DNA of 64,000 nt from Geosiphon pyriformis uo1. Its lineage: Eukaryota; Fungi; Glomeromycota. A program made the position numbers and the translations under genes. The notes beneath the pieces were generated by a model. That model searched no databases. It was not told the DNA's origin and saw only the letters and a list, made by a program, of their open reading frames with translations. The stretch lies in the NCBI GenBank assembly GCA_016748015.1, contig JAAOMT010000239.1:683864-747863 (forward strand), written 5' to 3'. Positions 10,286 to 24,067 of the stretch are shown here, piece by piece; positions within the stretch are counted from its first letter, which is position 1; each line of letters begins with the position of its first letter.

Positions 10286-12402
10286 CTATTCTCCTTCTGT
10301 AACATGCCAATGTTCTCCCAGATGCTCACGCAACTTTGGCATGGTGGATATCGCTTTTCTTTCACATAAATGACAATTCAACTCTCCCTTCAACTTGTTT
10401 TCATAATATTGCTTGTCAAACTATGTTCGCAAAGCAGATTAGGGAACTTAACAGTAAATAAAGAGAAAACAAAAAATCCTAATCACTAACCTTAATCTCC
10501 TCATTTTTTTCTAACATTTCTATTATGTCTTCCGGGGTTTTGAAGAAATCGGTGGTAAATGAGAGGTAATGCATTTTCTTTTTTAGACACGTAGACACCA
10601 TGTCACGAGATATGATGTGCATGTGGAGTTGTCTATTAAAGAATATAGGAGAAATCAAAGAGAAATAAAATAAGCAAAAACAATTGAATCACCCACTTCA
10701 TGCTGGGGATAGCGTGAAATCCAAGTCGAAATTCCAGTTTTTGATGGCCTTGTAAATTGTAGGGATGATTCTCTTTCAACCTTATACCAAAAATGTTATT
10801 AAAGATCAGTAGAAAGGTGTGGTGAAAATAATTAACTAGGGATTCTTGAAGGGATCGTCTCACCCTCGCTCACCTCTCAATCACCCATTTGGCCAGTGTT
10901 TGCATATCACGCACCAATGGTATATCGTCTTTTGTCAGACTTTCGATGTTATCAATCTTCCGTCGAGGAATCACCAAAAGATGTTCTCTTGCTTTGGGAA
11001 ACTTATCCCAAACAACGACAAAGTCTTTATCGAAAAAGAAAATTTCATTTTTGCTAAACCTCTCTGGTCGGTCTAAATACTCCAGAAGAACGAGATTCCA
11101 TGAAAGTACATTCTTGGAGTGTGATGGCGAACCGGAAGCAGATTTTATAATAGGAGATGCAACAGGATTCCGGGCACTTTGCATTAACACATCAACTAAA
11201 AAGTTAAGGTGTTCTCAATATAAGGAGCTATCCAAAAGAACAAATGGCTAATACTCACATGCAGATTTTTCTTTCTTTTCTCCTGATGGTTCAAAGGGGA
11301 GTGGGGACTTTTTACTGCGTTTTAGAGCTGAAAATGCGTCAAGGATTCCTTTGTAACAGTTTCTAAGCAACTTTCTTCCTTCACCCAGTGAGACAGGATT
11401 ACTTCTTATTGGACTCATATTTGGTGAAACAACATAGATTATCTGTTTTCCGAAAAAATACGTTACTAAATCTCATCAAATAAAATTAGAAAAGAAGGGA
11501 TTTTACATTTTCGATGCCTTCTCTTTGACAAAATTGACTATTTTTTGGAACTGGTAGCGGATATACACCGCCTTGCTAAAAAATTTCAAATTACTATGAT
11601 TAAATGAAGTTATAAAACGGACTTATCGTTGAAGAGACGGAAATAACCCACGATTCCAGGATGTGGATATAATTTTTCTATCTCTGATGCAAGTTCAGGG
11701 CCGATTGCATCTTTGATCATTTTACTGAAGGATGTCGTGTCTCAAAAATACAAAAATCCATTGAGGAACAAATCAACAAATTTCAAGCAAAACCAAGGTT
11801 ATTCAGAAAAAATAAAAAATAAAACAGAAACTCACAAGGTTTGAGTCGCCAAGTAGTCTCATTAACGAGATACCTTTAAAATTTTAGCTCCAAGATTAAA
11901 AACATAAAATTTTTTAATCAGGTTCGCAAAATTTCAATCGAACCTTGACTCCAGATTAGGTAGAAACTTCATTTCATCATTAAACAATTGATGAGCAAAT
12001 TTTAGCCTTGAATCACCATCTGGACCCCATTGCTATATACCAAATTTCAAAATTTGAAAGTTAAAATTTTTGGATCATAAATAATTCATGCTCGATAGTT
12101 ACATCTTTGTAAGCCTGTAAAATTTTGTGATCAGGGTCATAGAGGATCAATTCAAATGGGTCATCTTTATCCGAGTCTTCCTGTTGTTCATTGCTGGTAT
12201 TATGTCGCGTAAGAAATTCTCGAATAATCTACCAGTCAAATTTCATCATCTTGAATTAAAAAATTCGATTCAAAAATCAACCAGTTCGTTTTTTTGTGGT
12301 GCACAGGATAAAAAAACTCGCCTCACAAGCTATAGAGGCGGCTTCGTGTACTGGGAACATAGCAAGATCGGTAGATAAAGAGGGAAAAGTAAGCCGTATC
12401 AT
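10286..12402 (-). CDS. APTX: Aprataxin (HIT + zinc finger) with N-terminal macrodomain-like region
   Basis: DKFPKAREHLLVIP, FRLGFHAIPSMKQLHMHIISRD, KKKMHYLSFTT and C-terminal CHLC...LREHLGEH. N-terminal exons give LTFPSLST..FPVHEAASIACEIIREFL and LVNETTWRLKP. An alternative in-frame ATG lies at 12423. Confidence 0.85.
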
Positions 12403-13104
12403 GTTCTTCTTGACGTATATCATGATATAATATTAAGTATGTGGATACATAGTTGAGCACGCGACAAAATATACCTGCATAAAATTATAATACTTTGACA
12501 AATTGAAAAACGAAAATCTTTAGAGTAAAGAAACCCTCACCTACCAGTCTTCGGGTTTCGTTTTCTGGACTGTTGTCACGTTTTTCAGTCGAGTTTATTT
12601 TTTTAGGGCGGCCTGGTCTTGGGAACGTTGTGCTGCTGTTTTCCGTACTACGTTTACTCATTTCTATTGTAGTGGGGAGAGAAGAAAAAAGCTCAGAGCA
12701 TAAGAATCATTCACCTAAAGAATCTAAAAGGGTGTATTATTGACCTGATCCTAAATGTTTGTCGAAATAAAGGATATGTAATCTTTTTTGATTATAAAAT
12801 GGATCAACGATTGAATAATCTCTTTAAAAAATTTTATGGTGAAACGTTGAAAAGTTACATCTTTTTACCCCAAGCTCCCTTTGAAAACCTTTATTTTTGA
12901 TGCTTCTTAACTCTGATAAAATCAATTGAATTAGAAAATTGTGAATTTATTCATTTATTAAATGAGATTATGATGCCAGGATAGATGAAAAAAATCCTAA
13001 ATTATCTACGTGTTTTTTCGAATGATTAAAATATACAGTATTATATTAGAAATATAGAAACATGAAAAAATTAGTTGGAGGATGACACTGATCAATATTC
13101 CAGA

Positions 13105-14766
13105 TTATGGCTTCTATCTAGACCACCGCTTATAAATAGGGATAGATATTGATTGAATAATTGAGGTCTTTCTTCTGGGAGAAAATGCCCTGCTCTTGGA
13201 ATTCGGATCTCAATTGATTCAGGCAAAAAATTAGAAGAGTTCTCACGGGATACTCTTTTTCCCAAGAACGGATCTTGATCCCCCTGATTATCGTAGAAAA
13301 GTAATTAAAGAAACTTTAGCGATTAAAAAAAGACTAGAAAAATTCCCAATCTAAAATAGAACCAAATGAATAAATAAATAAATAAATTACCCAAAGTATT
13401 AACGTTGGATAACCAATCTTTCCAAAGTCCGGACCAATTTGCTCCCGCCAGATAGAATCTTGACTAAGAGTCATCTGATGCCCTATTAGTCTACTCGTGT
13501 GATATTTCAATAACCATTCCTCACTGAGAAACAATCTAAATAGTTTTACAGCCGATTTGATTCCTGTTTCATCTTTATAAGCCATTGCTGCTTTGTACAG
13601 CTCTTGATCCATTTTCTTTATGAATTTAGCGCCAGCGCATTCAGATATTTCCCCGATAAAAGTATCATAATCGAAAGCTTGAAGCCAAAATTCCGGTATT
13701 GGTGAGGGAAGTTGAAATATAAAAAGATGATAGGAACGAAAAATTTGAGCTACAGCAAGCCATAAATGTGAAAGAGAACTTTCCAATGTTTTGAAAGGAC
13801 TTTTAAAGAGATTTTGTGGTGTAATATTTGTTATTGCAGTCAAAAGAGCATCGATCATATTTCCGGGCATTACTAATGGATGTGGTACGTTACTAATCAT
13901 CAATTTGTCAATGAAACCGCGACGACAACGTAATTGATCCAATTTCCATGATTGCATGGCTGCTGCATAAGCGATAAACCCTCCTATATCATGTCCAATT
14001 ATTGCATGAGCACGATGTGTAGGCGATAGAACCGAAATAAAATTTCGAATATCTGTTACAACTTGTCCTATAGAAAATTTTGCAGGTGGGTTTGATCCTC
14101 CAAAGCCAGGCTTAAAAAGATTTTTAGAATATTAGCTAAATTGCATATAATTGTGTAGCAAAATTATCAAAAGGAATACGAACCAAATCAAGAGCAACTA
14201 AGTGATAATGCAATTCGCTAAAAGCTGCAAGTTGATGCCTCCATTGATACCAACACTAACCAAATTTGAAAATCGCGTAAATATCTAGATTCTTGGTGAC
14301 AAGGATAATTTCGAAAAAGTATTTTTTTTTCTCAACTAACTTGTGGAAATCCATGCAAAAATAATACAAGAGGACCATTTGAATTTCCCGCTTCTACATA
14401 ATGATAAAAATGACCTTGTATTTCAATATGTCGATGGCTACCATATGGTGGATCCTCTTTGAATAATGAAATTTGATCTTGAGAAAATACAGTTAAAGAA
14501 TTCGTTAGTTGAAGAACCCTTTGAATCCTCAAAAACTCCAAAAAACATCTCTTACAGTTTCTTCTATCCTTTTTCTCTCCAATGGATCGTCCCTTTATCA
14601 CCCAAAAATATGCAAACTTGAAAAGTTGTAGTCCTGCAAAAATACTGGCTATCCAATAAATAGTTATTCTAAGTAAAAATGATATTGCTTTATCCATGAT
14701 ATGGAGTATTACTCCTCTAACAAGACGAATGTTTGCCATAATATGTTGGAACTCTTCGCTTTCCAT
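13105..14766 (-). CDS. Alpha/beta hydrolase, epoxide hydrolase (EPHX3/4)-like, with N-terminal hydrophobic segment
   Basis: LFLHGFP, WRHQL, ALDLPGFGGS, nucleophile elbow GHDIGG, PTLILWGDQD, AGHFLPEERP. Three GT-AG introns. Confidence 0.85.
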
Positions 14767-15059
14767 CTTTTGGATGTACTACTTTCTTCAAAAGTTTCTT
14801 ACTTCTAGCCTTTTACCCAAAGTATATTTTGGAAAAAAGGTTTTAACCTTTTCCAGAAAAATTTAACATGAAGCAAAGAAAAAGGGAGTGTAAAGGGAAA
14901 AGAGGAGACGATAGGTATGGGGGGGGGGGATATATCTCTAAAAATATTGAATTTTTTTTTGGAAATTTGGCAGCTGGTTATTGCTAGTTTCGACGCATCA
15001 CCTCAATATTTATTTGGGAAAATTGTGTGACTCTATGCATTGTAACACATCAATAATAG

Positions 15060-15330
15060 GTAGTACAGTGATACCTCCCCTCAGGGACAAAGCTCCATCA
15101 AGCAATGGCTATTCTCATCTCTTTCCATTACAGCGCGTTTGTACATTTCAGATCCTCCAATGCTCTTTATGTTACCACACTAACTACAAGTCTTGTATCT
15201 ATAAACCTCATTCTGGATTAACCCCTCGACCTTGACCTTGACCTTGGCCTTGGGATCAGACATTGACAGAAAAGCCAATGTACCCAGCAGATAGTATTTC
15301 CCTTGCTTTATGATTCGTCATGTCTGACAC
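15060..15330. repeat. Dispersed ~270-bp repeat, copy 1 (degenerate unclassified element)
   Basis: Shares caaagct(c/t)catcaagcaat, tatgttaccacacta(a/g)cta and ttatgattc(g/c)tcatgtctgacac blocks with ~30490-30745 and ~43550-43860. Confidence 0.65.
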
Positions 15331-17238
15331 GTCAAATGGCGGGGTCAAACTCGCGAGTGAAGAATACAATTGTCTCTCTGGGTCTCACTCTGCAAACGCG
15401 CAATTCTTCGTCGTATGCGCGAGACTCTTTGTCGAGTTGCCAGACCCTGAGTTTCTTACGCTTTGAATTAAAGACAGCCTTTTCGAAATAAAGTCATCCA
15501 TATATTTGCAAAGGAGCCTATTTTACTCACGCCTTTAGGGGAGAAATACCAAATGAAGGGTGTACGAACGCCAGCATCAATAGAGACTGTATGGACGGAG
15601 CTATTCGCTTGAGTTTTGCGTACTTAACTTTGTGTCTCATAGACGTTCGTTCGTCGAAAATGTGGAAGTTTGCCGTTGGATGTAAACGTTGTGCGAATAG
15701 GGGCACTCATTGTTTCGGGCACTTAGTTTCGCATAGCACGCGTTTATTTGTATTATAAAAAAGAAGTTTAAAATTAAAAAAATATAGTCCTATAAATAGC
15801 TTTTTAGGAAACTAAAACATTTACCTTGTCTAGATTTACATAGGTATGCATTTTACAAAGCTTAAAGATACGAGACATGAAAACGATTCCACGATGATAA
15901 TGAAAATTTCTGAGCGCGAATGATAATAGTTTGATGCAATGACTTATGTGGGGTACACCTTTTTGTCGGTGTGTATAATTTCGTCTCATGCATTCAGCGC
16001 CTAATCAATGGCTTTATCGTAAGAGCATGCTGAGACGGACGACAACCGTAAAAGACTTTCGTTTGCAAAACACCATCAAAAAGAAGACATGGGGATTAGA
16101 TTTTCTCCCGAGCGCCGTCACTTCTTGTTTTCGTCTTGGGTTTTTTACTTGTTGTGACACTCTCTTCTTTATTTACCTCCTCGCTATCCTTACATTCAGG
16201 AGATGGAGATAGAGGGAGAAGATTTATTGAAGGAGGTCGAATGCAAAGTGTGTATCTTGGGGAAGAAAGGAGATGGGAAGAGAAAAAGGTGGATTTATTT
16301 CGCGATTTCGAACCTGATAGCATTACTAAACAATTGGTTGGTATTTTTATTGATAGGTGTTCAGCAAAAATTTTCAGGGGTAAAACGAATATAACTGTTC
16401 TCCTATATAAATACATGCCAACAAAATTTGAAGAAATGAGAAAACGAAAGTTAATGATAAAACTTAAAATTTGCCTTCAACCTCTCCAACAATGGAAGTT
16501 ATGGTAGAATTGATGGGTCGAGGGAGAACTTTTTCAAGTTTCCGAAATGACACAAATTAAATTGACCAAGTTCTTAAAAAGTTCAATAGAACAAGAAACA
16601 ACTTGCACCATGTTAAAAACATTCATGGTTCTTATACATTATTAAAAAAGTTGTCTCTTAACTTTTTTTAAAAGCAACATTTAAATTATTTGTATGAGTT
16701 AAATTAAAATTTTTCTTACAATATATCATCAGGCCGTTCTCAAAGCCGTATTAGGACTCTAATTATTCAAGACTAGGAAGACTGATGCATATCAAAAAAA
16801 TTTTGTTTTGTCAAATTTCTTTGGGATATTTTTTCTCTTGTCAAAAAATCATTATAAATTTAAATTTTATAGAGTCAAAATTTGATAAAGGCAAAGAAAG
16901 AATTTAAAAATATTAAAAAATTATATCAATACCTTTTGAATGGGTTAGTATCTTTAAACCTACTCCTTTGAATCTAAGATAATAACCTACCAGAATCTTT
17001 CACTTGTTTCCAAAAAAAAAAAAAAAAGAATTGGTTAAAGTATTTATTTAATAAAGTTAACAAAGTTGCTGATTCGTTAAAAAAATTTCAAATATATAAA
17101 TTCTTATTAAGAAATATAATTTATCACATCAATTTATAATGAATATTAAAAAATTTAATTATTTCAAAATTAAAAAATTGTTGTAATTTAGAAAAAATAC
17201 TAATTAAGTATATTATTTGTTAATTTTTAAATTGATCT

Positions 17239-17239
17239 C

Positions 17240-17290
<51 letters not shown>
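17239..17290. repeat. (AAT)n microsatellite
   Basis: Perfect aat run seen directly. Confidence 0.95.
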
Positions 17291-18237
17291 TTGTTATTGA
17301 ATCCAATGTGTTTTTTCATTTCAGATATTATTTAACATCCACCTATTTTGATATGCCGTGTTAATTAGAAAAGAATAAAGATTAGTGATAATGAACGAGT
17401 TATCATGGACTTGGTCATCAATAAAAACAACAATAAGAGTAATCAAATGAAATAAAATAAAATATTCTAAAATCAATGTCTTTTTAGCTATAATATCAAT
17501 AAAAAATATTCAGAAACAATACCTATTCTTAATTTCTTATGTAATTTGTTACGAATACTATAATGTATGTCTAAGATGTCATTTTGTGAGGGAGGGTTTT
17601 TTTTTTGCACCCCCGAATAAGAAACCATAATTTTATTAATAACATTTACTCTCCTGAATTTTAACAAGGCTCTTTTACAAAAGTAATTAAGGGCCTCTTT
17701 ATTTTTTCCTTTTGAATTCCAAAATGATTAGTATTCCAGTAAATTATTTTTTTTTTTTTCAAAAAATAAGTTGTGTAATCACAAATTTTTCATTTTCTTA
17801 AGAGATTCCTCGTTCGAGTTACCCGATCCCGTCACCTATTTACGCTTTTTAAATTCCCAGAGTCTCCCATCATTAGTAAGGAAATCGTATTAAACCAAAG
17901 AAAGATTAGTTCATTAAATATTTAACTGTCATCCCTTTTGGATGCTTTTTATAATGAATCTAATGATCCTGAGTAATTTTTACCCCTCAATCATACTATA
18001 AATCATGGGTCATATTTCATGGCGTGAGTTCCTTTCCAAACATAAATGCAACTATTATGGTTCGATAAGGCAATGCGGCATTTCTCTTACTCAATTCTTA
18101 CGTCTTTCTAAAATCAATTTTACTAAATTTTTCCCACTCATCATATCAAAAATCACAGAGAAAACATGTCATCTTCAATTATAAAAGAAGTCGTCATATT
18201 GTCCTAAATCTTATTAATTAATAAAAATTCCTCGAAA

Positions 18238-20208
18238 ATGCCACCAAAGAGAAAAGTCGTCGATAAAACTTCTGAGAAGGGTACCTCGATAACTACCGCA
18301 GCTAGTCGCAGTAAGAAATCAGTCAACAACGATAAACAACAAATTACTAATCCTAGTATTGAAGGTGACCATCATCCAGAAGGTAATAATGATCAAGAAA
18401 AGGATCCTCCACAACTAGGTAGTGAAACTCCAGCAATTAAACGTAGGAAAAAAGGAAATAAGGTGGATAAAATTTCCCCTGCCAGTTCTGATCTATCAAC
18501 CGGCTCACCACCACAAAAAGAACAAGTAACGAAATCTACCCGGCATTTGACCGGGGTCAACATTAAACGCGGATCCAGAGGTAGACCAGTGAGAGTATCC
18601 GACAAAAAAGAAAAAGATGATGTGAATAATGAATCCCCTTCCACACCATCAGCGTCAGCCGAGGTTACTCATCTTGAGAATGGTCCACGTGATGATGAAT
18701 CGCAGCAAGAAGTTGGAAATGATAGAATGACGATTAATGATTTTTCTCAATCTGTGGAAGAATCAAATGAACCAAAAAATAATCAGGAAACGCAAAACTC
18801 TGCTGAAAAGCCAACAAATGTGGCTAGTGAAGAAAAGAATGGTATTCAAGAGCATAAAAAAAATGTGAAACCAGCTACAAAAGAATCATCAAATGATTAC
18901 AGTCAAGTAAGCCAGTATCAAAATCCAAAAGAAAAAAATTCCAACGATGCTGATATAGTAGCAGAAGATAAAGATAATAAAAATCAAGCTGCTTCTAAAT
19001 TAGAGAGAGCTAGAAATTATATGCCTTCTAATGTCCTAGAAAAGGGTCACATTAATTTCTTTTATCGTCCCAAGGTTTTGGTGTCCAGAATATAAAATTT
19101 TTGTTGTGGATTTCGTTACGTAAATATTAAAATCCCTTCTCCCAACATACAAAGATCGACGCTTTCCATCCTGATAGTCCGGATGGCGTTCAACGTTTGT
19201 ATATAATGCTATTACCTATTCTCGTTCGCCCTACGTTGGCCGATCCGGTAATTGAGGCTGCTGCGTGTAAAAAATTAGAAGCAGAGCCAATGGAAAAAAA
19301 TAACCCAAATTTGGGGAAAACTCGTCTATTGATAATTGGAAGAAAAAAGCTTCCTGAAATTGGAAAACATGCTCGTTATTGGGCATATGTGGTATGTAAA
19401 TTTTGTATTAAAATTTTCGAGTTTTAATGTTCGTAGGACTTACTTAATAGTGGCTCTCCTCTATGTTTGGGAAACAGGATAAAGTGTTTGAGAATTTAGA
19501 TGATATTAAACAAGTCCTCGGAGAAGGTCATTACAACACTGCTACTAGAGGCGAAAGGATCGTTCAACCATGTAGACCCTTGGTACTTTTTTTTTATTCG
19601 TTAAATCTCTTGTATATCCATGAGATATAAATTTTTTTTGCTAATTACTAATTAGTTGATGTGCCTAGGGGCGAGGTGCTTATTCTATCTTGGAGCACGA
19701 AGGTCACACGCATTTGGCGTATGTCTTGGAGTTGCCAAGTCAACCTGGTGAAGTTCAACATGCGTTCAACATCAAACACGAGGCTAGTTATATCATAACT
19801 GTCAAGGTAATTATTGAGCTTTAAATAAATTTTATTCTAATCTATTTATCTAATTTCCCTTTTTAAACTATGGCATAGAACCCTGAAATAGCTAACCCAG
19901 GATACGCCGGCCTTCCTAATAAGCAAAGAAAGTCATTTCCATCTCATTTGATGGAAAAATTTCAAGGACGCCGATTCAATCCACTTACCACCACTGAATA
20001 TCTCGATTATGAAAACTGCGAGATTATACTTATCGGCGCAGATGAGGATATTACTGGTGAATTGGGAGAAACTGGTGAAAACCTTGAAATTTTGGCCGAG
20101 GAAGAAGCTAAGATGATTGAACCATTAAAAGCTAAAGCCTTATTCCAAGAGTTACATTTGGAACCAAAAGATTTCCCCTCGGAGACGTTGGAGGGGTTCT
20201 GGGAGTAG
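18238..20208 (+). CDS. Conserved uncharacterised protein: disordered N-terminus + conserved C-terminal domain of unknown function
   Basis: Five exons. Motifs EKGHINFFYRPK, RLLIIGRKKLP, YNTATRGER, HTHLAYVLELP, SYIITVKNP, YLDYENCEIILIG. Stop at 20208. Confidence 0.8.
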
Positions 20209-20663
20209 ATTTGGGGGTTAAAGGAATTGGATTGTCAGTGTAAACGAGATATCTCTTCCTTAGCAGATAAAGAGCTCACGAAGCTTTTATGATTATTCCA
20301 ATTGTAATTTTTGTCTTGCAATCATTTTACGTGATGTCTTTTTTATTTCTCAAAAGAAGGGCGAATGTAAAATTATCGTTTTTAGTTTTTTTAAATGATT
20401 CCAATTAAATTTTTTTTAATAGAATCAATATTAATACTAAATTGATTGCGACGAATACATTGGTATTCCAAACTATACAGTTGCTTTCAATATTAAATAT
20501 GCTCAATTAATATCTGAGAATAAATAAAAGCAAAAAAAAAATTTATTTTAAAGGTAAAACTATGAAAAATATGCAGAAACTCGTGAATTTAAAATACAAA
20601 GGGATCTTCGTAAACCAAACCAATAAAAAATAAATTACTGCTGCTAAACTCAGTGTAATCTAT

Positions 20664-21815
20664 CTAAAAGAATCCACCCATTCCATTAAAGCCACCACCC
20701 ATCATACCGTTCATCCCGTTCATACCGTTCATACCATTCATACCGTTCATACCATTCATACCATTCATGAAACCGGATAAATCAAATCCGTTATTATTGT
20801 TACCGCCACCACCATTCAATAAACTTGAGAAATCGAATTGATTATTTCCATGATTGGCGTACTATGGAAAAAAAAACGGCAAGTTTTTGAAGATTTGAGA
20901 TTTTTAGTAAATTTTTAAATTATTCCCACAATATAAAAATCTCAAAAACTTACCATTTCGGTGTATATTTTTTGAAGGTCATTATAATTCGGGGTTTGAA
21001 CATGTGCTTGATTATTATTATTATTATTTAGATAATTTTCCATATTTATTTGCCCACCACCATTATTAGCATTAGCACTGCCTCTGCCACCGCCACCGCC
21101 ACTGCTATTTGTGGCAGCATTAATACTACTAGCTACATTTAGAAAATTACCCAGAGGGCCATTTATTGGTGCACCTAACATTTGGTTCATTTTTGCGGCT
21201 GAACCTAGTGCTGAAAGGATCGATTTTGCTGACTGTATTGTTGATACTCGTGATGGTGGTGGTGGTGGTGGTGGTGAAGTTGGAATTGGACTTGGACTTG
21301 GATGATGAATTACAATGATTCGTCTCGGTGGTGTTTGTGTAGCTGGATAAAATTGTTGCTGTTGAGGATGTTGGTAATTTTGATAATTTTGATAATTTTG
21401 ATGTTGGGGATTAGGGTTTTGGGTTTTTCGGGGGTCATACTGTAGTGAGAATGAAATGTGTAGAATGAAATGGTGTAAAATAATTTAGTATGTGAAAAAA
21501 TAAAGTTCAAGAAAAGAAAGAAAGGAATAAACAAATAAACAAACCCATGTGGTTGTATTAGTTGATTCGTTAATATCTATTTGAAAAAAAAATTAATTAG
21601 CTCAAAATATTTAATGAATTCAAAGAGAAGGTAAACCTTAGCGAAAAAACCCCCCCCCCCCACTCACAATAAAATCTTTTATAATTTTCGTCGAACTGAA
21701 AAAGTAAGATAATTAAAAAGACCGTTAATATTTATAGGGACTCGATTAAATTTTTCAATGAAAAAAATATACTGCCTACCTTTTCTTTCCATCCTGAAGG
21801 TAAAGGTCCAGCCAT
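20664..21815 (-). CDS. WW-domain protein with Q/N/P-rich and MNG-repeat low-complexity tail (Wwm1-like architecture)
   Basis: Three micro-exons plus a fourth exon splice to MAGPLPSGWKEK/FDENYKRFYY/INESTNTTTW/YDPR. The last exon ends (MNG)n...GGFF*, stop at 20664-20666. Confidence 0.8.
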
Positions 21816-21986
21816 TAAAATAATACTATTATGTTTTTTTGAATGGTCAAGATAAATTTGAAATATCAAAGAAGTTGTGAAGTAATATTTTCTACCCTTT
21901 TAAAAAGAGCGAAAAGAAAATAATTATAATGAATCAGAAAATGGAGAACTGGTAGTCATTAATTTATGAAACTAGGATCCCCCCTA

Positions 21987-22031
21987 GTGTGGTGTGATTG
22001 CGGGTGTGGTGTGATTGCCGGTGTGGTGTGA
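21987..22031. repeat. 17-bp minisatellite gtgtggtgtgattgc(g/c)g, about 2.6 copies, upstream of the WW gene
   Basis: Seen directly. Confidence 0.8.
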
Positions 22032-24067
22032 AGATTTAGAATTAAAAATGAAAACTAAAAAGGAAGTAGATAAATTTTTTTTCGGCCGCAGAAGCAGAAT
22101 TTGAAATTTCCATTCCACAGGAACTAACCTAAAAAATATTAATTTTTTTTAACAAAATAAATGGTAAAAGATAACATTATTAATTATGTCAAAAAAATTG
22201 GTATCATTTCATGGTTTTGGTACGATTTGGCAAAAGAAAAATGTTCTAAATTTTTTAGCTTTTAAATTAATCTTTCAAAAATCATATATTTAAGATTAAA
22301 TTGGAAATAATTATTGTGCTACATACTAATACATATTTTTTACAAGACTTTTCAAAATATTTTATTATTGAAAATTATTTAAAAAAAAACAATAAAAAAT
22401 AATTTCTTATTATATTTAAATTAAAAATTAAAAATTAAAAATTAAAAATAAATTTATAGTATTTACTTATAATTAATTGAATTTTTAAGTTATAAAAATT
22501 GATCAAATTTTTAATATATGTTTTTAATATGTTTTTAATGTTTTTGCAAGTTTTTAATAGAATTTAAATTTAAAAATTTTAATATTATTGTTTTAAATTA
22601 CTTTTTTAATAAGTTTTATAATTGAAAATAATGTTTTTTTTATATTAAAATTTAATTGCTTTAAAGTTTTAATAAAAATAACAGATTTTTAAATACTATA
22701 TATTATAAAATAATATAATAATATAATGATAATTTTATTAAATTTTATTGTTAATTTTTAATATTAAAATTAATTTTATTATTAATTTTAATATTTTTGA
22801 ATTTTTACTGTTTAATATTGTTAAATAGAAATAGCAAAACTAATTTTTTATTTATTATATTTATATTTATATTTATATATATTATAATAAATTTAGATAA
22901 AAAATACTATTATTTTAAACAAATTCTATTATTAATTAATTTTTTAATAATTAATAATTATTTTATAATAGTTATAAATTATTATAAATTAAAATTTTTT
23001 TTTAATTATTTTATCAACTATTTTATTGTTACTTAAAAAATTTTTAATAAAAAAATATGAATCAATATACTACATATTTTTTGTTTTTATTTTTTTAAAT
23101 ACTTTTTTGAAAAGTATAATTATAAGTTTTTAAATAAGTTATTTTAATTTTTTTAATTTTTTATGATATAAATAAAAAATAAAAAATTATAAATAACAGA
23201 GTAACTTAAACTGTTATAATAATAAAAATTAATTTTTAATATGTTTTATTCAAATTTATTTTCTCTTAGGTTGAAGTTTATTAATAAATATATATTATTA
23301 ATTAAGAATATTAAAATTACTTTAATTTATCAATTTTTTAATTTTCTTTGTTTATCATCTTTAAATTTGAGACTCATTGTAAAATTAAATAATTTATAAA
23401 ACTTCAAATCTTTTAATCATTATACTACTAGTAATAAATTGATTTTATTATATTCTTAATATATTTTTATGAAAATCTTATTTACATGCATATATTATTT
23501 TATATTAAAATAATATTATAAATTTGAATTAAAATAACGTTAATATTTAAATTTTTAACAGTTAAAATATCATATAAAAAAATAATTTTTTGTTATAAAA
23601 ACTACAAAATAAATACATGTATAAATAATTTATAAATTTTTTAAAAAAATAATTATATTAATTAAATCAAAATATTTAAATAGTTTTTTTTATTTGCTCA
23701 AAAAAGTGAGGGTAATTTTCATGCATCACACGAAGCCTAAATCGTTTTTATTAGTATTATTATTGTTGTTGTTGTTGTTGTGTTGCTATTGTTGTTATTT
23801 TATAAAGAAATTGAACTACTCATTTAATTTAGGTAACAATGAGAAACTTGTTTGGCGCCTCTGTGCATTATAGCTAATTAGATTTGTAGCGAATCACAGT
23901 CTGATGAATAAGGTTAATAAATTGATTTGTTACACTATGTGAAACAATATAAATAAGAACTCGCCTTTAGACAAATAACTATAAACGTACTATCAAATAA
24001 ACCTTTAAAGAAACCCTCTTTGAATAATAACTTATTCACATTTTATCCTTTGTCCGTTATTTATATC

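Noticed and set aside
15303-16507. Short overlapping ORFs on both strands
   Set aside because: No recognisable domain or coherent exon structure; probably intergenic or TE relic.
22797-23036. Hydrophobic ORF in AT desert (also 54125-54325)
   Set aside because: F/I/N/Y/K composition expected by chance in near-pure AT DNA.
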